The position numbers were made by a program, and so were the translations under genes. A stretch of DNA of 64,000 nt from Euglena gracilis (taxonomy: Eukaryota), in the NCBI GenBank assembly GCA_039621445.1, contig CP154954.1, forward strand, positions 11,898,716-11,962,715. Direction: 5' to 3'. Positions 10,960 to 24,714 of this stretch are shown here, piece by piece. Every line of letters starts with the position of its first letter. Position 1 is the first letter of the stretch. Below the pieces are notes generated by a model. The model was not told where the DNA came from. It worked only from the letters and a program-made list of their open reading frames with translations, and searched no databases.

Positions 10960-13900
10960 AACTTCTGATTGCCATTCGTGCGGTCTGCCCGCATGGTGAA
11001 ACGGTGGACCTGAAGGTCCTCGTGGACACAGGGACCCAAACCAACCTGATCAGAAAAGACCTTCTACCCCCAGGAGCCTTCACGGTGTCAAACCACCCCT
11101 TGACCCTCGTCACTGCCGACGGCACACAGATTGGGGGAGGGTTGCATGAAACGACACTGACACTGGAATTCACAGCCAAGATTTTCAACCAGGACAAAAC
11201 AAGGGAATGGACAACCACAGGGACCTTCCACGACGCGGAAATCCAGGTGGATGCCACTTTGGGGTATCCCTGGATGGAGCAACACCACTTAGGGGTTTTT
11301 CCACACCTACATTCGCTGGCCCTGATAGGGGAACCATTGCTCCTGCTGACAAATTGGAAAGGAGTACGAGGACGGGAACAGGTTGACAGAAAATTTTTGA
11401 AGAAAATAAACAAAGTACGGGCCATGAATCTGCAGGTGCCTGCAGAAGCAGGTGATACGGAAGAATTTTTGTTTGAGGAGGAAACGGTTTTGGAAAGTCT
11501 GGCCCAGCAAATGGAAACTGAAAAATGCAAAGTCGCCCAAGGGATCCAAGGAGTGATAGCCGTGCCCGAAGGGCAGGCTGTGGAGGGAGACAGGGTGACA
11601 GATTTGGTCGCAAAGCTGCGTAAATACTACGAGGGAGTGGTGTTGAGGGGCAATATATTCCCAAACCCCCCTGAACGTGGTCCACTTGATTTCGGGAAAA
11701 CAGAACTCAAGCCTGGGACTGTGGCAAAAAAACAAAGACCCATCCACGTGACCGGAGAACGCCGACAGGCACTCCTGGACATGGTCGACGAGTGGGTCAG
11801 TGATGAAAAAGTGGAGGATGGGAGAAGTGACTGGTCCAGCCCCATGTTCGTGGTGGCCAAGAAAGAGGGAAAATGGAGGGGGGTGGTGGATTTCAGGGCC
11901 CTGAACGTGGCCACGGTGACAGAAGCACACCCTCTCCCCCAGATCGAAACATCCTGGCCCAACAGTGTCAACGGGCAATGTACAGTGTGTTGGACCTAAA
12001 GGATGCTTTCCATCAGGTATCCACGAGAAAGAATTCCCGACCCTACACCTGCTGTAGTACACCGAGAGGAACAAAGCAGTGAAAGTAGTAGTGATGGGGA
12101 TGAAAAACGGAGTGCCAATTTGCCAGAGGGTCATCGAATAAACCCTGGCGGAGGTCGCAGACATTGCAAACCCCTACGTTGATGACATCATCGTAGGCAC
12201 AGTTTGGCAGGGAACGCAAGAGGCAACAATCCTCCAACACGGCAAGGACATCCACAGAGTCATGGAGGCACTCAAGAAACAGCTGCTCGTAGCCGACGTC
12301 AAAAGATGTAAGTTTTTTTGTGCATGAAGCGGAATTCTGCGGACACACCATGGGGGGAGGACAGCGGAGACCAGCCCAGGAAAACTGATGGCCCTGGAAA
12401 AGGGGGAAGAACCAAAAACCATCACAGCGCTCCGCACATTCCTGGGATTCACCAACTAGTACTCCTCCTACATCCCAGGATACGCGGAGTTGGCAGCAGA
12501 TCTGGTGGAAAAACTCAAGGTGAGGAAGGGACTGGGGAAAAAAGGGAGCCAGATGCCTGTTTTTTTCGCGGAGAAGGAACGCAAGGCGTTCCAGGCCATC
12601 AAGAACAAACTGTTGGGTACAGTGCGGCTAAAAATTACGGAAGACAGAAATTTTGGCAAAACACCCAAATTTTGCCATATTTTTTTTCCTCGTAATTTTC
12701 TCACTCCGTCGGTTTCCGACGCCCTCTTCCAGTCCACTTCTGGTTTGTGCTCAAAAGAACACAATACTCATCCCAATTGAATGCCAGTTTCTTGAATGGT
12801 ATATGCTCGCCCAGCTCCTTGAAAAACGGGCGACCAGCATCAAGCACCTAGGGAAAATCACAGCAAAAATCGCTCTGCATTAAAAACCACTGACACCTGA
12901 TCAGTGGGCACAATTCTATCAGAATTTGCAGCGAACGGCCACCATTCTGCTTTCACCAGCGAATATTTTGCCCATGCCTGACCGATCTTGAACGTTCCCC
13001 CATTTTTTTTTGGCAAGCGTTGCTGGGCGGGTACGTGCGACAACACCTTGAGCGATTGCAGCCACTGAGGGACAGAAAAATACGTTGAACACGCAACCAG
13101 GAGAAAACTGTCGCTCACCTGTGCCGGAGGTCAATCCTTCGTGGGGACCAGATTTTGCCAAAATTAATTTTCCCAAAATAAAAATTTTGCCAAAATTTTT
13201 TCTCGTAATTATTTTTACCGTAATTTTTGTCTTCCGTAATTTTTAGCCACATTGTAGCCTCAAACTGCAAACGGTCAACCCCGACAAGCCATTCATCCTC
13301 CGAGGGGATGCCAGTGGCAAGGCTGTGGGGGCTCCCTTGGAGCAGTTTGTGGAGGATGGATCGGGGAAACCGGCCACCACAACGGCACAGACAAAAAAAG
13401 CAGCCCCAGTGGCATTTTGTTCACGAAAATTGGCACCGGGACAGGTCAGGACTTGGACACCACGGGACAAGGAAACGTACGCTGTGATCCTGGCCCTTCA
13501 GAAATGGGCCTCATGGATCGGTATGCAACCGGTGCTGGCCCTGACCGATCACAAAGCAATCGAGTCCTGGGCCACAGAAAACCTGGACACAGCCACAGGG
13601 TTGTCAGGACGTAGGGCCACATGGCACGAACTCCTTTCAAAATTTGATATCACGGTGGACTACGTACCTGGGAAGGACAACGTGCTGGCTGACGCCTTGA
13701 GCAGGTGGGAGCATATACCGCCTCACAGGCGTTTGCCGATTTTAGTGTGCACGGCAGTGAGGAGGATGACCGCCTCATACAAGAAATAATGGCACAGGAA
13801 AGGAAGGAGGAAAGGGGCTGCTCAGTGGTTTCAATGAAGGAAATTGCTACGGGCACAGAAAATTTTTGGAGACCCACCCCTCGTTGTGGCCGTCACAACA

Positions 13901-15730
13901 AGGGGAGGGGCCAAGACTGGATAGGATTCGGCCACAACGAGCAAACTCACACCAGGGAAGGAGACTCCCCCCAAAAAAATTGAAAAACTTCAAACCCCAA
14001 GGACAGGGACACCGAAGGCACACAAGAAAAGGGAACCCCAGAAAAGAAATGGCCAAGAGGATAGCCACAGAGGAAGACCCCCCTAGGCGAAGAACCTTGG
14101 AAGAGGATCCTGTGGACCCTCCAAAAACAGCAAGTAGGACGGAATCGAGGACGCGCAGCGTCCCTCATCTTCGACGAGCCTGCCTGTGGGACCTCCATCA
14201 AGGGGAGTGCACGCCCGGAGCTTCCACCGACAGGGTCGCAGTCGGTGATGGACGAGGACTGGAGCAGCGGGTACAGCGGGTGCCCCAAGTGGGGACCTGT
14301 GCTAAGGGGTTGGAGGATGCGGGGTTCGAAGAATGGCCTGAGGGCTCCCGATTTGAAAACGGAAGGCTCTTCAAACACGGACTCTTTTGTGTACCAAGGG
14401 AGGTCACGGGGATGGTCATCAGGGAACACCACAAAGCGGCAGGACACCCAGGGGCTGAACGGCTGTGGGATCAGATGGGTCGGTGGTTTCTTTTCGCTGA
14501 CTACCAACACGCAAAAAAACTCACCAGCAAAATGATGGGGATGTATGAAACGTGTCAGCTCACTGAACCGAAGCATCAACCCTTCAAGTGTGCGATACAA
14601 CCAACACCGGTCCCGCCTCACATGATGGACAGCGTGGCGGTCGAACTCTTTGAACTACTGGAAATTACTTTCGAAGGGAAACGGTACGACACTTTGGCGC
14701 CTTGTGTGGACCGATTGAGTGGGTGGATGGTTGCTACCCCCCATCATATCGTAAGGATCTCACAGCAGAAAAGGTAGCAAAGGAAATGTTTCGACAGTGG
14801 GATCTGTTCGGAATCCCCTCGGTGGTGAGTTTCGACAGGGGTCCACAGTTCACAGCAGCCTGGTGGAAAACTCTGTGCGCGGCACACGGTGTAAGGGTTG
14901 CCTATGGACAGGCTTACAACCATCAGGCGAACGGAAGGGCAGAGGTAGCCGGGCAGCAGGTGATACGGAAGCTTGCAAAGCTGGCTGCAGAAAACGGTGT
15001 CCCTTGGGTGGAGCTCCTCCCACGGGCTATGAGGGCCATTCACGACGTGCCTGCGGAGGTTGGACTGTCCCCCTACGAGATTGTTTTTGGGCGACACCGA
15101 CCGTTGTGCGGGATTCCGCACAAAAAAAAACAGCGGGAAGCCGAATGTGCGACATAATTACTCAAACGAATGAAGGAACAAGACAGGTGGGGTGCCCAAA
15201 CCCTCAATGAAAAACTGAAGGCTCGGAAGGCGGCTGTGAACCAGAAACGACGTGAACCTGCAGCACTGAAAATCGGTTCCAAGGATTGGTACCAACCTTA
15301 ACGACATCCTGGAACCGATAGGTTGGAACCCAGGTGGAAAGGGCCGGCGGTGGTTTTGGAAAGAGTGGGAGACCACTCCTATGTGGTGGAGCTTCAGCCG
15401 GGCAAGCGACAACCGGCCCACCGTTCCCAACTGAAACCACACGTGGAGGACCATAACTCAACCACCCCCGTGCCCTTGTATTTTGGGTGTGGAAAAGCTC
15501 AAGAACTGGAGGTTGGACCTGATGAGTGGGAGGTGGAAAGGATACTCAACCACCGACACGAAAAAAGGAAGACGGAACTTTTGGTGCCATGGAAAGGAAA
15601 GGATTAGGGCCAGAAGACGACTAATGGGAACCAGTGGTGAATTTTTTCTTTAGAATCAATAAGGCCGTGGTTGCCTATTGTGTGGACAAGGGGGTGGATT
15701 TGGATGCAAAGGAATTGTTGGAACTGATGA
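10960..15730 (+). pseudogene. pol: Element E pol: aspartic protease, RT, RNase H, integrase, chromodomain (many frameshifts and stops)
   Basis: VLVDTGT; WRGVVDFRALN; LDLKDAFHQ; YVDD; DAS..ETYAV..TDHK; H..GH; FDRGPQF..NGRAE; WKGP; WEVERILNHR. Confidence 0.9.
12620..13254. mobile_element. Non-autonomous Tc1/mariner-like DNA transposon inserted in E pol
   Basis: ~33-bp TIR CAGTGCGGCTAAAAATTACGGAAGACAGAAATT, TA TSD (12618-12619, 13255-13256); excision restores KNKLLGSLKLQTVNPDKPFILRGDAS. Confidence 0.92.
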
Positions 15731-17569
15731 AGTGACAAGGTTCCTTGTCTTCTTCATCCCCACGTTCCCTCACAGATGGCCCGACATCGACGACAACAAC
15801 GCCAACCCCAACCCCAACAACCCCAACATCACCACCCCTACTTTCGACCTCAACCCCTTTGACGCCAAACCCCCTCCCCCATTCCAGCCACCCCCAACCC
15901 CCGACTTCATCATCTCCACCATTCTACCCCCACCCCTGAGCAAGGCCATCGAGGCCGAGCTCCCCCCCGCCAGCTGCTGGAGAACGCCCACACCCACCCC
16001 TACCCAGCATACAAGCTGCCCCCCACCCCCAGCCATACGCATACCCACCAAATACCACCCCAGCCCACCCCAACAACGACACCACCCACCCGGAGGGAGC
16101 GCGGGCGCTCCATCTGCAGCAGCCCCCGCAGCCCCCTGCTCCCTCAGCCACCCCCTCTACCTCAGGACCACGAGCGTCGCCGACCTCCGCCTCCTCCGAC
16201 CACGACGACTCACCCCTGCGACGCCCCACCCCCTGGTTCCTCCGGGACCTTTGGGGCTAGCTCGCCCCTGGAGGCTCTCCCCCCCCCAAATATTGGTTCG
16301 GGCTGTCCCCCCCCCCCGCAGCCCCCTTTACAAGTTCAGTGCCCTCAGACCGTTTCTTCCACCGTAGTCGGAAGCAAAGCCCTCCCATAATAATGAACCT
16401 GGAGCGCCCCCACCCTTTCACGCCAAACCTGGGGTGCTCCCCCACACCGAACCTTGAGTGCCCACCCCAGTGAACCAGGGTACTCCTTGCAGAACCTGGG
16501 TTCCCCCCCACGGGAAGTCCAAGGTCGGGGCAGAGATCTTTTATTAAAAAAAAAGGAGCGGCGCTTGGCGCCTGCTGTTCCCCCCCCCCGACAAGGGACC
16601 TGGGATGGGGGTCCAGCCACCGTCCCCCTCAAAAAAAAAACAAAAAATAAAAACAAAAAAAACTCAAAAAGGAAAAGAAGGGGTGCCCAGCCAACTGCCC
16701 CCCACAAAACAGGGACCGTGGGCAACGCTTGGCGCCTGCCCCGCCCCCGTTGATGAAGGGCCAAGAGGTGGGGGGCAGCCCCGGACCTGCTAAAAAAAAA
16801 ACAACCAGAACCTGGGTTGGCCACACCTGGTCTGACCCAAAGCGTAGAGGGCTCAAATGAAACCCAGCCCTCCGCTTAACTTGTGCATTTTTCAACTCCA
16901 CAGACGCTAGACGAAAGAGAGGGGGTGGAACAGAAGTTTGGGTGAATGAACCTGCTGCCCCCCCACCACGCCTGACAGAGCTGGGCTTACCAGGATACAC
17001 CCCTGGGAGCATTCCAAAAAAAAAATTGAAAATGACTTTTGGCTGAGGTGGGCAGCGCTTGTCAGTTTTTCCCCCTACGGGACCTGGACCTAAGGGGGGG
17101 GGGTGCGCCACCAAGGCTGAATAAAAAACACACACAAAAGAAACCCCCCATGGGGGGAAAAAGCAACCTGACCTCCCCTGAGAAAAAAAACTGGCCATGC
17201 CCCAGCCTTGTTTTAACCGAAAGACCCTGACTCAGCCTTTGCTTGATTTTTGTAAAAAAAATAGCCCCTGGCCGTCGACTGACCGCTTGGAAGGCAGAGG
17301 CGGAACACCCCGAACAGGAGCTACCCCCCTTTCAAAAAAAAGCGGGGTTGTGGTCGGCTCCTGGCGCCAGCCCCCCCCTACCCCCACACGACAACGGACC
17401 TTGGGGGGACAGCCACCTAAAAAAAACAACAACCTCAACCAGGCCAGCCCCCCCCCCCCAGAGGAGAGACCAACCTGGGACCAAAAACAGGAACTGGCCA
17501 GCCCCCTTTCGACAAACGCACTCTGCACCCCTTCCTAAGTGAGTCGAGAAGAGTTGTAAACAATTCCTT

Positions 17570-17690
17570 GGGAAGGGGAGTGTGAGTCAGGGGTGCTGAG
17601 TGCCCTTGTAAGTTAACTAACCTCAGGTGCTAAACTTAAAAGCTAACCCAGGCGCCCACATCCCTCAGCCCCCAGGGTTTTTATGACCCC
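17570..17690 (+). repeat. Element E PPT (17570-17580) and start of the 3' LTR (TG at 17581; end not determined)
   Basis: GGGAAGGGGAG followed by TGTGAGTCAGGGGTGCTGAGTGCCC, a 25-mer also starting the LTR at 60843. Confidence 0.75.
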
Positions 17691-18422
17691 CAGTGGGCTT
17701 CGGCCCTGGGAAGGGGGGGGCGGAAGAGTCAGCCCTATGGATTTTGACGCCAGAGTGCCACGGCCCTGGGGGGGGGGCAGATTTTTCGGAAAAATATCCG
17801 CACAGATTTTTCGGGACAAAATCGGAAACCGATTAAAAGAATGCAAACTTTCAGTCGATGGTTCCATCAAAAGACGACTGTGTCGACCCCATAACATTCT
17901 GAGCCAGAGCATTGCAAATGTAATTGTAAAGCAAAAACAATAAGCAACAACCTGAGGGCGGTACCTTGCTGGTGTTCCGTCCCTCGGTACGCAAGGCACA
18001 ACCGGCCCTGCCCTTTCTGCTGGGAGCGTCGAAACTCACTCCCCAGGCAACAAACCTAATCGAAACACAAACTGCCTGTCTGGGGTTCAGCAAACCGCTT
18101 TCCCTCCCTCCCAAGTCCGAGGCCGAAGCTCACCAGGAAGTAAAAAAATGTCCAGGGGTCAGCAAACCGCTGTGTCCCCTCCCCCTCACTGGGTCAAAAA
18201 TGTGTACGGGGTTCGGCAAACCGCTGTCACCCCCCTCCCATGTCCGAGGCCGAACCGCCCCCCAGGGAATGAAAAAACTGTCCAAGGTTGCGGGACAACC
18301 GTGGTGCCTATGACGTTCTAGCAAGTCTGTTGAACTAGGAACGCCAAAACACATTGCTGTGAAACGGCAAATTTGAAACTATGAGAAAATCCTGATCCCT
18401 TGTCCAGGGCCGAAGCCCACTG
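17691..18422. mobile_element. MITE-like element with CAGTGGGCTTCGGCCCTGG TIRs
   Basis: 19-bp inverted match 17691-17709 / 18404-18422; further TIR-like copies near 18472 and 18538; no TSD seen. Confidence 0.55.
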
Positions 18423-19494
18423 GAACAGAAAAAGATTGCCCGGGGGCCAAAACTGGCCCCCCCACACCAGCCCAGGGCCGAAGCACACTGAGGTGTGGAA
18501 AAAAACTCTCCGGGGGGATGATAACCGTCCCGCCACCCAGGGCCGAAGCTCTCTGGAATCACTTCACCACGAGTGTCATTTACTGAATATGCAATCACAC
18601 CACTTCAAAAAAACCAAAGTGGAAATCCACAATGTGCGGCAGCCAACGAGTCAACAGCAACAACAGCACACAACAAACAACATTATTGCGGAGGTGCGTC
18701 CGTGTGTCCATAAACAAAAAATTGTAATTTGGCTTTCCGCAGTTTCATTTTGTCCGTGTTGGACATTTTGGTCAAAGGACTCCGCCAAAAAGGGGTGGCG
18801 GCTGCACTACCATGTGAAATTTTTCTGCCGGTCGAGACACAGGCAGAATTTCCAGAACTGAAATCATTAGAACACAGCACATTGTAATTACGAGATCCTT
18901 CCCGCACAATTGGAAAATCCGCACAACCACCCAGGTCATCAATTGTTAAACCTGAAAAACCACCCTTGTCATCAACGAATGACGGGGCTGAATCGGCCCA
19001 TCCGCCGGCCGAAGCACAGGCTGGGGCCTTGCCATGTGAACAGGATGTTGTCCTCCCAGCGGCCATGCACTTCTGCAGCTGTGCCACCGGCCGAAGCACA
19101 GGTGACCGCAGTACCTAGTACATCCAGCGGGTCCGAATCCACCCCGCCAGCACCAGGTTCAAAATGTCCAATGACGGGGTGGCCAACCCCGGATTCAACT
19201 GCATCACTTGCCCTGGACCCAGAGGAACTGGGGACTGCAGCTACCCCAGCTGTCATTGCCCCACCGGCCGCAGCACGGGTGGGGGTAGGTTGCAATCACA
19301 TCTTATCTTCCACGTCACTTCCTAAAATGTAGTGTAAACCCGAAAATTCATCTTGTTCTTCTTCCGATGACTTACACACCTCTGTCTGAGTGTGTGCCGG
19401 CGATAATGTCTTATGTTCTTCATGGTTCTTCCTTTGTTGATCTTCCATCTGGACTTCAGGCATGTGACCAATGACACAACAATTGAGTTGATCG

Positions 19495-20183
19495 TGAGTG
19501 GGGAACACCGGGGCCGCCAACCCTGATTCCCTACGACCCCCGCGCCCCTGGGTGCTTCTTGAACTTTTCTTTATCCATGTTCCCACCCGTATGTGTTTCA
19601 TTTCGGCTTTTCGGCTTTTTTGCCATTTTTCTCATTTTTGGCGGGCAAAACGGCTTTTTCGCCGTTTTCCCAAAGGCGAAACGGCTTTTTTGCCGTTTTG
19701 CCATCGGCGAAACGGCTTTTTTGCCGGTTTGCTGACGGCTAACCGGCTTTTTTTGCCGTTTTGCCGAAAAGCCGTTTTGAAATGAAAGGGCTTCAGATGG
19801 GTGGGAACACAAATCATCATTTTTACTCATAATCCTCCTGGCGCTGCCATATACCCACTCTTCAGTGTCTACTACCAAATTCAAACCAAGCAATGAAGAT
19901 AAGACATCCAAGACTTAGGCAATCAACTCAAGCCAGTTGTGAGCTACAGAACAGAGGGTAAGGTCAGATAAAAATAGAGCTGAAAACTAGGATTCCAAAT
20001 TCTTAATAGGATTCACCCTCAGAAGAAGTTTGCTTCAGCAGCGCCCACTCAAGAGTGGGGATATGGCAGCGCCAGGAGGAATATCAGGAAAATTGATGAA
20101 TTGGATAAAGAAAAGTTCAAGAACCACCCAGGGGCGCCGGGGTCGCAGGGAATCAGGGTTTGCGCCCCAGTGTTCCCCACTCA
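19495..20183. mobile_element. Element with ~80-bp TIRs enclosing a smaller palindromic-repeat MITE (19596-19787)
   Basis: TGAGTGGGGAACAC..GAACTTTTCTTTATCCA vs TGGATAAAGAAAAGTTC..GTGTTCCCCACTCA; inner AAACGGCTTTTTTGCCGTTT units. Confidence 0.75.
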
Positions 20184-20850
20184 AGAGGCAAAGCACAATG
20201 GAAAGACTTCAGATGTTTCCTCTGCAACCAAGTTCAGTTGTTCTGAGGGTTTTTCCCTCTGACGAATCAAACCTACAAACGTTCAAACAATGAAACAAAG
20301 CAGTACCACCTGTGGGAAAAGGAGAGAAAAGTGCTGACGTGACCAGAGGGGGAGCTCCCAGAAGGGTCTGCCACGACCTTACCAGCTGCGTTTGCACAGT
20401 GGTGCGATCGCATAGAACCCACTCTGCAAATATCCTAGACAGCTGGGACGTGCCTGGTACACACAATGACATTGACATAGTCAAGTTTTGGGTGTTGACA
20501 AGCATAAGCTGCACGTCGCACCTACCCACGCACCTTGGACAGCTCCCAAAGTACTTTCCTCCATGCATTCCATCTTTGGTTCAATGATTTCTTTTATTTA
20601 GGAAATGTATATCCAATTGAAAAAAGAAATGTGCAAGGGCAAAACAAATGGTGAGGAAACGCCGGCGGGAGGAGCGGCAGCTCCTCATGGCAGTGTGTTG
20701 GGTTTCGTGGAAACAGGGGTCTGGGTTGGGGAAAAGGGCTTTAAATGGGTGGTTGGGCTCAGGTAAAAGGGGATGTGATGCCGGATAGGCAAATCGATCC
20801 TCCGCATCCTAGGGGAAACCGAGGCACCGAAGGTTCCTCCGCCTTAGGAC

Positions 20851-20890
20851 TTAACATGGTGAGCAGAGGTTCATATTCAGAAAATCCCAG
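20851..20890 (+). promoter_or_regulatory. Element D remnant: LTR end (..TAACA at 20856) plus PBS TGGTGAGCAGAGG (20857-20869)
   Basis: same AACA|TGGTnAGCAGAGG junction as A/B; body not found downstream. Confidence 0.55.
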
Positions 20891-21331
20891 TGTACGTCCC
20901 ACCCTCACTTTTCTACTTACGATTTCCTCCTGAAAAGTCCGTGGGGGGAGTAACAACAAAAATTTGCTTCCCTTTTCCCCTTTTGAATGCAAAGCACAAG
21001 AGCAGAAGAATTGGTGGGACCGCAGTCCCTTATATGAAAGTGACTTTTGCTCTTTCGAGCTTTGTAAAAGAAAGAAATAAAACTTGTATTCAAATGGGAC
21101 TTCGCCCTCAGAATTCTAAAAGAGAATTGAAAAGCACCAAACCCAATAACCTTGAATTAGGAACCAGTTGCTTTCGCTAAGCTTTTGCTAGTTCTGAGAT
21201 TCTCTCTTTGTCTTATGGTTTAACCATGCCACTGTGTACAGCCCGGCCGTAGCCAGCTTGTAGGCCGTAGTCCATTGTATCTGGTACACAGTGCCATGGC
21301 AGAATGGCTGCCTGGTACACATCCCCCTCCC
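20891..21331 (-). repeat. Candidate 3' LTR of element C (21321->20891) with PPT (21322-21331)
   Basis: minus strand GGGAGGGGGA then TGTGTAC.., ending ..GTACA; no second copy in the window, so the left end is tentative. Confidence 0.5.
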
Positions 21332-21704
21332 AGGGCTCTCCCCGATTTCCCTTCTGGACCAGGCCAGTCGGGATGCCAGGCACAGTCCCAGGTTCAGGGA
21401 GACAGTACCAGGATACCATGGTCTGGTTCCCAATTACGGTTACCGTGTTTGGAGCACAAAGCGCAAAAGAATTCTGGCGCGCATGCTGTGCTTCGTGCGT
21501 CTTCTTACTTGACACCGTAGTGTCTTTGTGGTCTTGAGTCTTCGCGATCAACGTGTTATCCACCAAACTTAAGACGATTCCGCCATTGTGTCTTGAAACG
21601 GTGTTGAACGCGATGATGAAGTGCGTATTCACGCTCGAGACTTCGCTCATTATGTTGGACTACGCCCATTTCAGCCGTAGCTGATTATACGAGGCAGAAA
21701 ACCC

Positions 21705-24700
21705 TCAACGTTGGTGGGTTTCCTTGAAGTACTCACCCATGTGTGGGTCTTGTACCAAGTTCATTTCAGTTGGACGTAAGTCTAAGGTATCCTTGTCAGG
21801 ATCATCCATGTTGATCCGTGGGATAACCCAACTTTTGAGTTCTTGTATTTCCTTGGGCAGTTCGGTTTTGAGCATTTCAGCTCGCTTGTGGAGATACATC
21901 TGTAAATTTTCCCAGAAAACTCTCGGAAAAGTTGCACGCCATAGGCCATATGTAATAGTTCCATCTTGGACGGTTTGCTGGTACCTGTGGTGGCATCCAG
22001 GCAGAGCGTTGAAATCAACGTTATGCGCGCGGGATGCACAGGCACAGCGGGTTATGTGTGGTTTCAGACTGGTTCCAACCCATTCTGAATAATGTTCGTA
22101 ACCGTGTCGTTCAGGTGGATAGTCAGGCAATAACCATCGTTGTGTGGTTTCCGAAACCGTTGAAGGCTTTGTAAAGAATGGGTAAATGACTCGTTTCCAG
22201 TCGTCATCATTGAAGAGTAAGGGCAATCGCGCTTTTGTACATTCCACAGCAAGTCTGATTCCGCCGGAATCAGTTTGGAAGTCAAAGGCGATTCCGCCGT
22301 GGTCAAAAGCCTCAGCTTTCTTGAAGCTTTTGTGTTGGTACATTTGTTGTTTTGTTTTGTAGAAATTGAGGAAATCTTCCAGAACCTCCTCGCCTCCGGG
22401 TACGATCTTGAGATTCTCGCCATCTGCGGGCAAATATATGTCTGCCCGTAGGCAGTTGACACAGAAAACTGGTACGTCACGGTCTCTGTCCTCTTCCGAC
22501 CACCGGAAGTTGTTCGGTTTTCTCCAGGCAAGGATGCAATCACCGCAAATCAAAGGGGCTGTATTTGTAACGAATTCGTTGTGGTGAAAAATTTTCCTTT
22601 TGTTATCCGCATAACAGACATGCACAGCTGGCATGCTGTTATGAATGTTGTGACAAACATTACAGAGCCACGTTGTTTGACCATTCGGCCTATTGTCAAA
22701 CAGAAATGTTTCCCCAAGGTATTGGGCAAACACTCTTGGTGATCTGGCATTGTAGAATCGCCAAATATGGCGAACATAGTAGTTGTACTTTTGTTCGTTG
22801 AAAAACAATGGTTCAATCCACTTGTTCAACAACATTCCGCGTTCGCGGGCTGATTGTACCATGGCAATGCGTTGTTCGACGCAGGTTGGCAGGTTGGAGA
22901 TAATGTCCTCTTGCCAAAGGGTGGCATTATCGTCAACCGGCATGTTTTCCTCTTGCGAGGTCTCAGACGTTGTATCTTGTCGAGTTCTACCTCGGAGGGT
23001 AGAAGTGACCCGGCTTTTCCTGGCCACTTCGGTATACGTTGGTGCCGGTGTGGTAGCAGCTGAGGTCTTCGCCCGCTTTCCTGATTTGCTACCACTCCCA
23101 GGTGGAGGTGGTTTTGGTTCGTTGTGTCGTTCAGCAGGTTTGCACGGTTCTGTAGGCTGTGGTTTAGCCTTAGGCTTACTGCCTTTCCCTTTCCGCTGTG
23201 GCGGAAGGAGGCGTTCTGCAGGCGACTTTGGAGCATGTTTGACCGTTGGTGTGGTGGTAGGTGGTACGTCAGGAGCCGTCGGTACCACCTGTTCAGGTGT
23301 GTGTACCACTACGGGTGTTGTTTCATGTGGTGGCGTTTGTTCGACCGTAGTCGATTCGGTTGTTGTCATCACTTCGGGTGTTTGGACATCAGGAGTAGAG
23401 CTGGCCGCGTCTGCTGCCAGGGCTGTGGTGGAAGCCGTAACTTCTTGTGTTGGTTTCTCGCCAAGTCCCGAGTCACGGGGACTTCGCGTTGAAGAAGAAG
23501 AAGACCTCGATCGCACCATTGCAACCATCGAGGCTACGCCACTTCGGACGCTTCCGAGGATGCGTTCTGCAGCGCGTCCAACTTGTGGTGGTATGAATAT
23601 AAAATCGTCTGGGTCTTGGTATCTGTCGATACCTTCCCGTTGTTGTCTTGTGATTAGTTCGCGAAATGCGATTATCTCAGCATCAGTTACTTCCTGTCCA
23701 GCTTCCGCATGTGCGGGAAGTAAGTGGAATCACGTCTGCCGAAGGCGCCGCGGCCGTTGTGGAGTCTGCAGGCACTTCGGCCATTGTAAATTCTGCAGGC
23801 GCGTCAGGTTCCGCGTTTGGCAATGGTGTTTGTGGCCGTGTTTGAGCAGGCGTTGAAGCTGGCACTTCGGCCCTTAGAGCATGCTGTACGCCGGCATCGT
23901 CGGGTTCAGACTCCACAGATGCGGAGGAGACGGAGCGTGTACTGTGTTCATTGTCTGTCCCTTTTTCCATTTCCTCATCACTGGTTGACCCGGAAGAGGA
24001 AACGGACGAAGAGTCTGAAGAGTGTACGGGAGTGTGTTCCACAGACATTGTAGGTGTAGGTGGAGGTTGTGGCAAACGTTCTTCCGAACGTTTGGTTGCA
24101 GGATTCGCTGCTGCTTTGGCTATTGACGTTGTAGATGATGCCGCCGTTGGAGGTTGTTCAACTGCAGACTGCGCTGCTTCGGACTGCGCCGGCCGAGGTT
24201 CAGGGAGTTTTATACGTGGTCGCGGACGGAAGTTTTGCCATCCGACAAATTTGTTTCCTCCCGATCCGCGAGGAAGCCAGTCCAGTATTGGGATGGCCAA
24301 CCCATCCTTATTTGTACGTTTGCCCTTGAAAAATGGGGCAAAGTCCTCTCTTCGGAGGGTTTCGCCAAACAGGCGTTTGATGTACTTCCGTTTTCCGTCT
24401 TCGTCCCATTCGGGTCGAAGAGGAAGGTATTCTTGTGGGAGTTGTTGTTTTGGGTTGAATAAATGGTATATTTACAGAGCATAGGACACCCATGCTCTCC
24501 ATTGGAATGTCTGCATGTGCAGAAGCATTTGTCGGTGGTTTCGTCTGGCGTATCCGATTTCCCTGACTTCGAGGGGATTGTGGCAGATGTGTCCAAGTAG
24601 TCTTCGTTGTTGCTGGGCTTCAGCCCATTCGCGTTGGTGGGGCGTTTGGGCGGTCGTTCGTCCGACCGCGCACACCAAAGCCCCAGAAGTCCACGGGGAA

Positions 24701-24714
24701 CTTGTGGTGGCAGT
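21705..24714 (-). CDS. Element C extra ORF (ORF3), 3' part: S/T/P-rich linker plus Cys/His-rich C-terminal domain; frameshifted
   Basis: ORFs 24472-24714, 23683-24300 and 21705-23528 (607 aa) chain on one strand; CNVC..C..HH..CGDC..CVNC at 22452-22664. Confidence 0.65.

Larger units (their letters stand above)
8930..17690 (+). mobile_element. Element E: decayed, 5'-truncated Ty3/Gypsy chromodomain retrotransposon with N6- and C5-MTase domains
   Basis: order gag tail (CCHC) - N6-MTase - C5-MTase - PR - RT - RH - IN - CHD - long 3' region - PPT - TG LTR start; both boundaries approximate. Confidence 0.85.

Noticed and set aside
18600-20580. Host gene or transposase exons
   Set aside because: Short ORFs without any motif I can recognise; cannot be supported without a homology search
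22783-23856. 357-aa plus-strand ORF
   Set aside because: Antisense shadow of the low-complexity part of the minus-strand ORF 21705-23528
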